This document shows, piece after piece, positions 62,517-64,000 of a stretch of DNA of 64,000 nt. Position numbers and translations under genes: made by a program. Positions within the stretch are counted from its first letter, which is position 1; every line of letters begins with the position of its first letter. The notes under the pieces are model-generated. The model was not told the DNA's origin. It saw only the letters and a list, made by a program, of their open reading frames with translations, and ran no database searches. The DNA is taken from contig CM075988.1 of the NCBI GenBank assembly GCA_038087875.1, positions 8,248,001-8,312,000 of the forward strand. The letters are read 5' to 3'. The DNA is from Malacoraja senta. Its lineage: Eukaryota.

Positions 62517-62802
62517 AGGGCCTGTCCCACTTACGTGACCTTTACAGGCGACTGCTGGCACCCTTGATAGGTCGGCAAAATTTTCAACCTGTTGAAAATT
62601 CAGCGGCGCCCAGAAAGGCGCTACTTTGGAGACCTCTCACGACCATACAGGCGACCCCTGGCGACATGTCGCGGGTGACCTCTCACGACCATAGGAGACC
62701 TCTCACGAGAGGTCTCCAAAGAGTCTTAGCGTTGAAAATTTCGGCGACCTATCACGGGTGCCGGCAGTCGCCTGTAAAGGTCGCGTGAGTGGGACAGGCC
62801 CT
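62517..62802. mobile_element. PIF/Harbinger-like MITE family A, internally deleted copy
   Basis: Same TIRs as 37820-38202; TAA TSD at 62514-62516 and 62803-62805. Confidence 0.85.
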
Positions 62803-62984
62803 TAACTTGGGTGAATAATCACACGGACTTACAAATTAGTGGCAAGAATAGGATACTTGTCCCCTGGAACCTGCTCTGATATTCAATAAGCAGCACAGTG
62901 GCGCAGCTGTACCACAACCGTGGAACACAGCTCCTTCCTATACAGCTGTAGAGTTGCTGCCTTACAGCACCAGAGACCCTTATG

Positions 62985-63445
62985 CCCAACTTGTCCATGC
63001 GGACCAAGATGGATAGACCAAAACCCTAACTTAGTTGCATTTTCATGCATTTGATCCATATCTCTCTGAACCTTTCCTATCACTGTCCCTGTCCAAATGT
63101 ATTTTAAATTTTGTTTCTGTACCTGCCTCAATAATGTTCCCTGACAACATTCTATATACACACCATCCTCTATGTAATGAAGTTGCCTCTCAGGTTCCTT
63201 TTAAACCTGTACCCTATAGTTTTTTTATTTACTATCTCTGGAAAAAAGGTAGCAACCATTCACCTTATCTCTGCCCTTCATGATGTTATATACCCCTGTA
63301 AAGTCACCCTTCAGTCTCCAACACTCAAAGGAATAAAGTCCTAGCTTGTCCACCCTCTCTTGGTAACGCAGACTCTCAATTCCTGGCGATATTCTTGTAA
63401 ATTTTCTTTGCAATATTTCCAATTTAATGATATTTTTCCTGTAGC
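62985..63445 (-). mobile_element. Old CR1-type LINE 3' fragment
   Basis: LQRKFTRISPGIESLRYQERVDKLGLYSFECWRLKGD. Confidence 0.7.
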
Positions 63446-64000
63446 AAACCCAAAACCCTTTAATGCATACTTATAAATGATTGTATAATAAATATGAGCA
63501 GTTGGCTGTTTGCTACTTTAATCCTTCTTCGATAAGATCCTAGCTGATCTAATAGTTGGCCTCAACTCTATTTTTCTCTCCCAACCCCATGACCCTTAAT
63601 TCCTCCTGCAGCAAAAGCATTCACTGAGCGAAGTTCTTCATTACCTCAGTCTTACTTCCCACATCTGCTGAGTAAGCTCACTAATTCTAAACCCTGTTAC
63701 CAGGGAAAACATCTTTACAGTATCTAATCTGTCAAACTACCTCAGAATCTTTACTGTTTCGATTAGATCATCTCTCAGTCTTGCAAATTCTGCAGAATAT
63801 TGGCATAGCCTCCCAGCCGAATAGAGAGCTAGCCAGATTTTCTGAGAGAACACTAGAATGGAGGAGAATGTCATCTGCAATGCCTGAAAGCCACTTATAT
63901 TCTTCCTCAAATTAAAAAAAAATGAAACAATAAACAATGGTCAGATCCTGGTCCCATCAAAGTTGTACCAGGACATCCTTACTTTTGTATTCCATCACTT

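Overview
This is vertebrate genomic DNA, very likely from a cartilaginous fish (skate/ray-like repeat content: HE1/V-SINE-type tRNA SINEs, HER1/CR1 LINE tails, Penelope and Rex1/Babar elements). The window lies inside a large Roundabout (ROBO, most likely ROBO3) gene on the minus strand. Only one confident coding exon is present: the 327-nt Ig1 exon at 17840-18166 with phase-1 splice sites. A candidate alternative first exon with a TATA box lies at about 33420-33870. The rest is intron, dense in transposable elements, with one 200-N assembly gap. The most notable signal is a family of roughly 30 short repeats derived from the 3' end (pseudo-LTR) of a Penelope retroelement. They carry a minimal type-I hammerhead-ribozyme-like core (CUGAAGA-A-stem II-GAAA-CG-UC) and often occur as self-complementary inverted pairs. 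Also present: three PIF/Harbinger-like MITEs from two families sharing a TTTTCAACATGTTGAAAA palindrome (two inserted into the Penelope-derived repeat), two near-perfect hairpins in otherwise unassigned DNA, and a probable solo LTR split by a young Rex1-type LINE. Repeat boundaries are approximate, and family names come from recognition rather than database searches.
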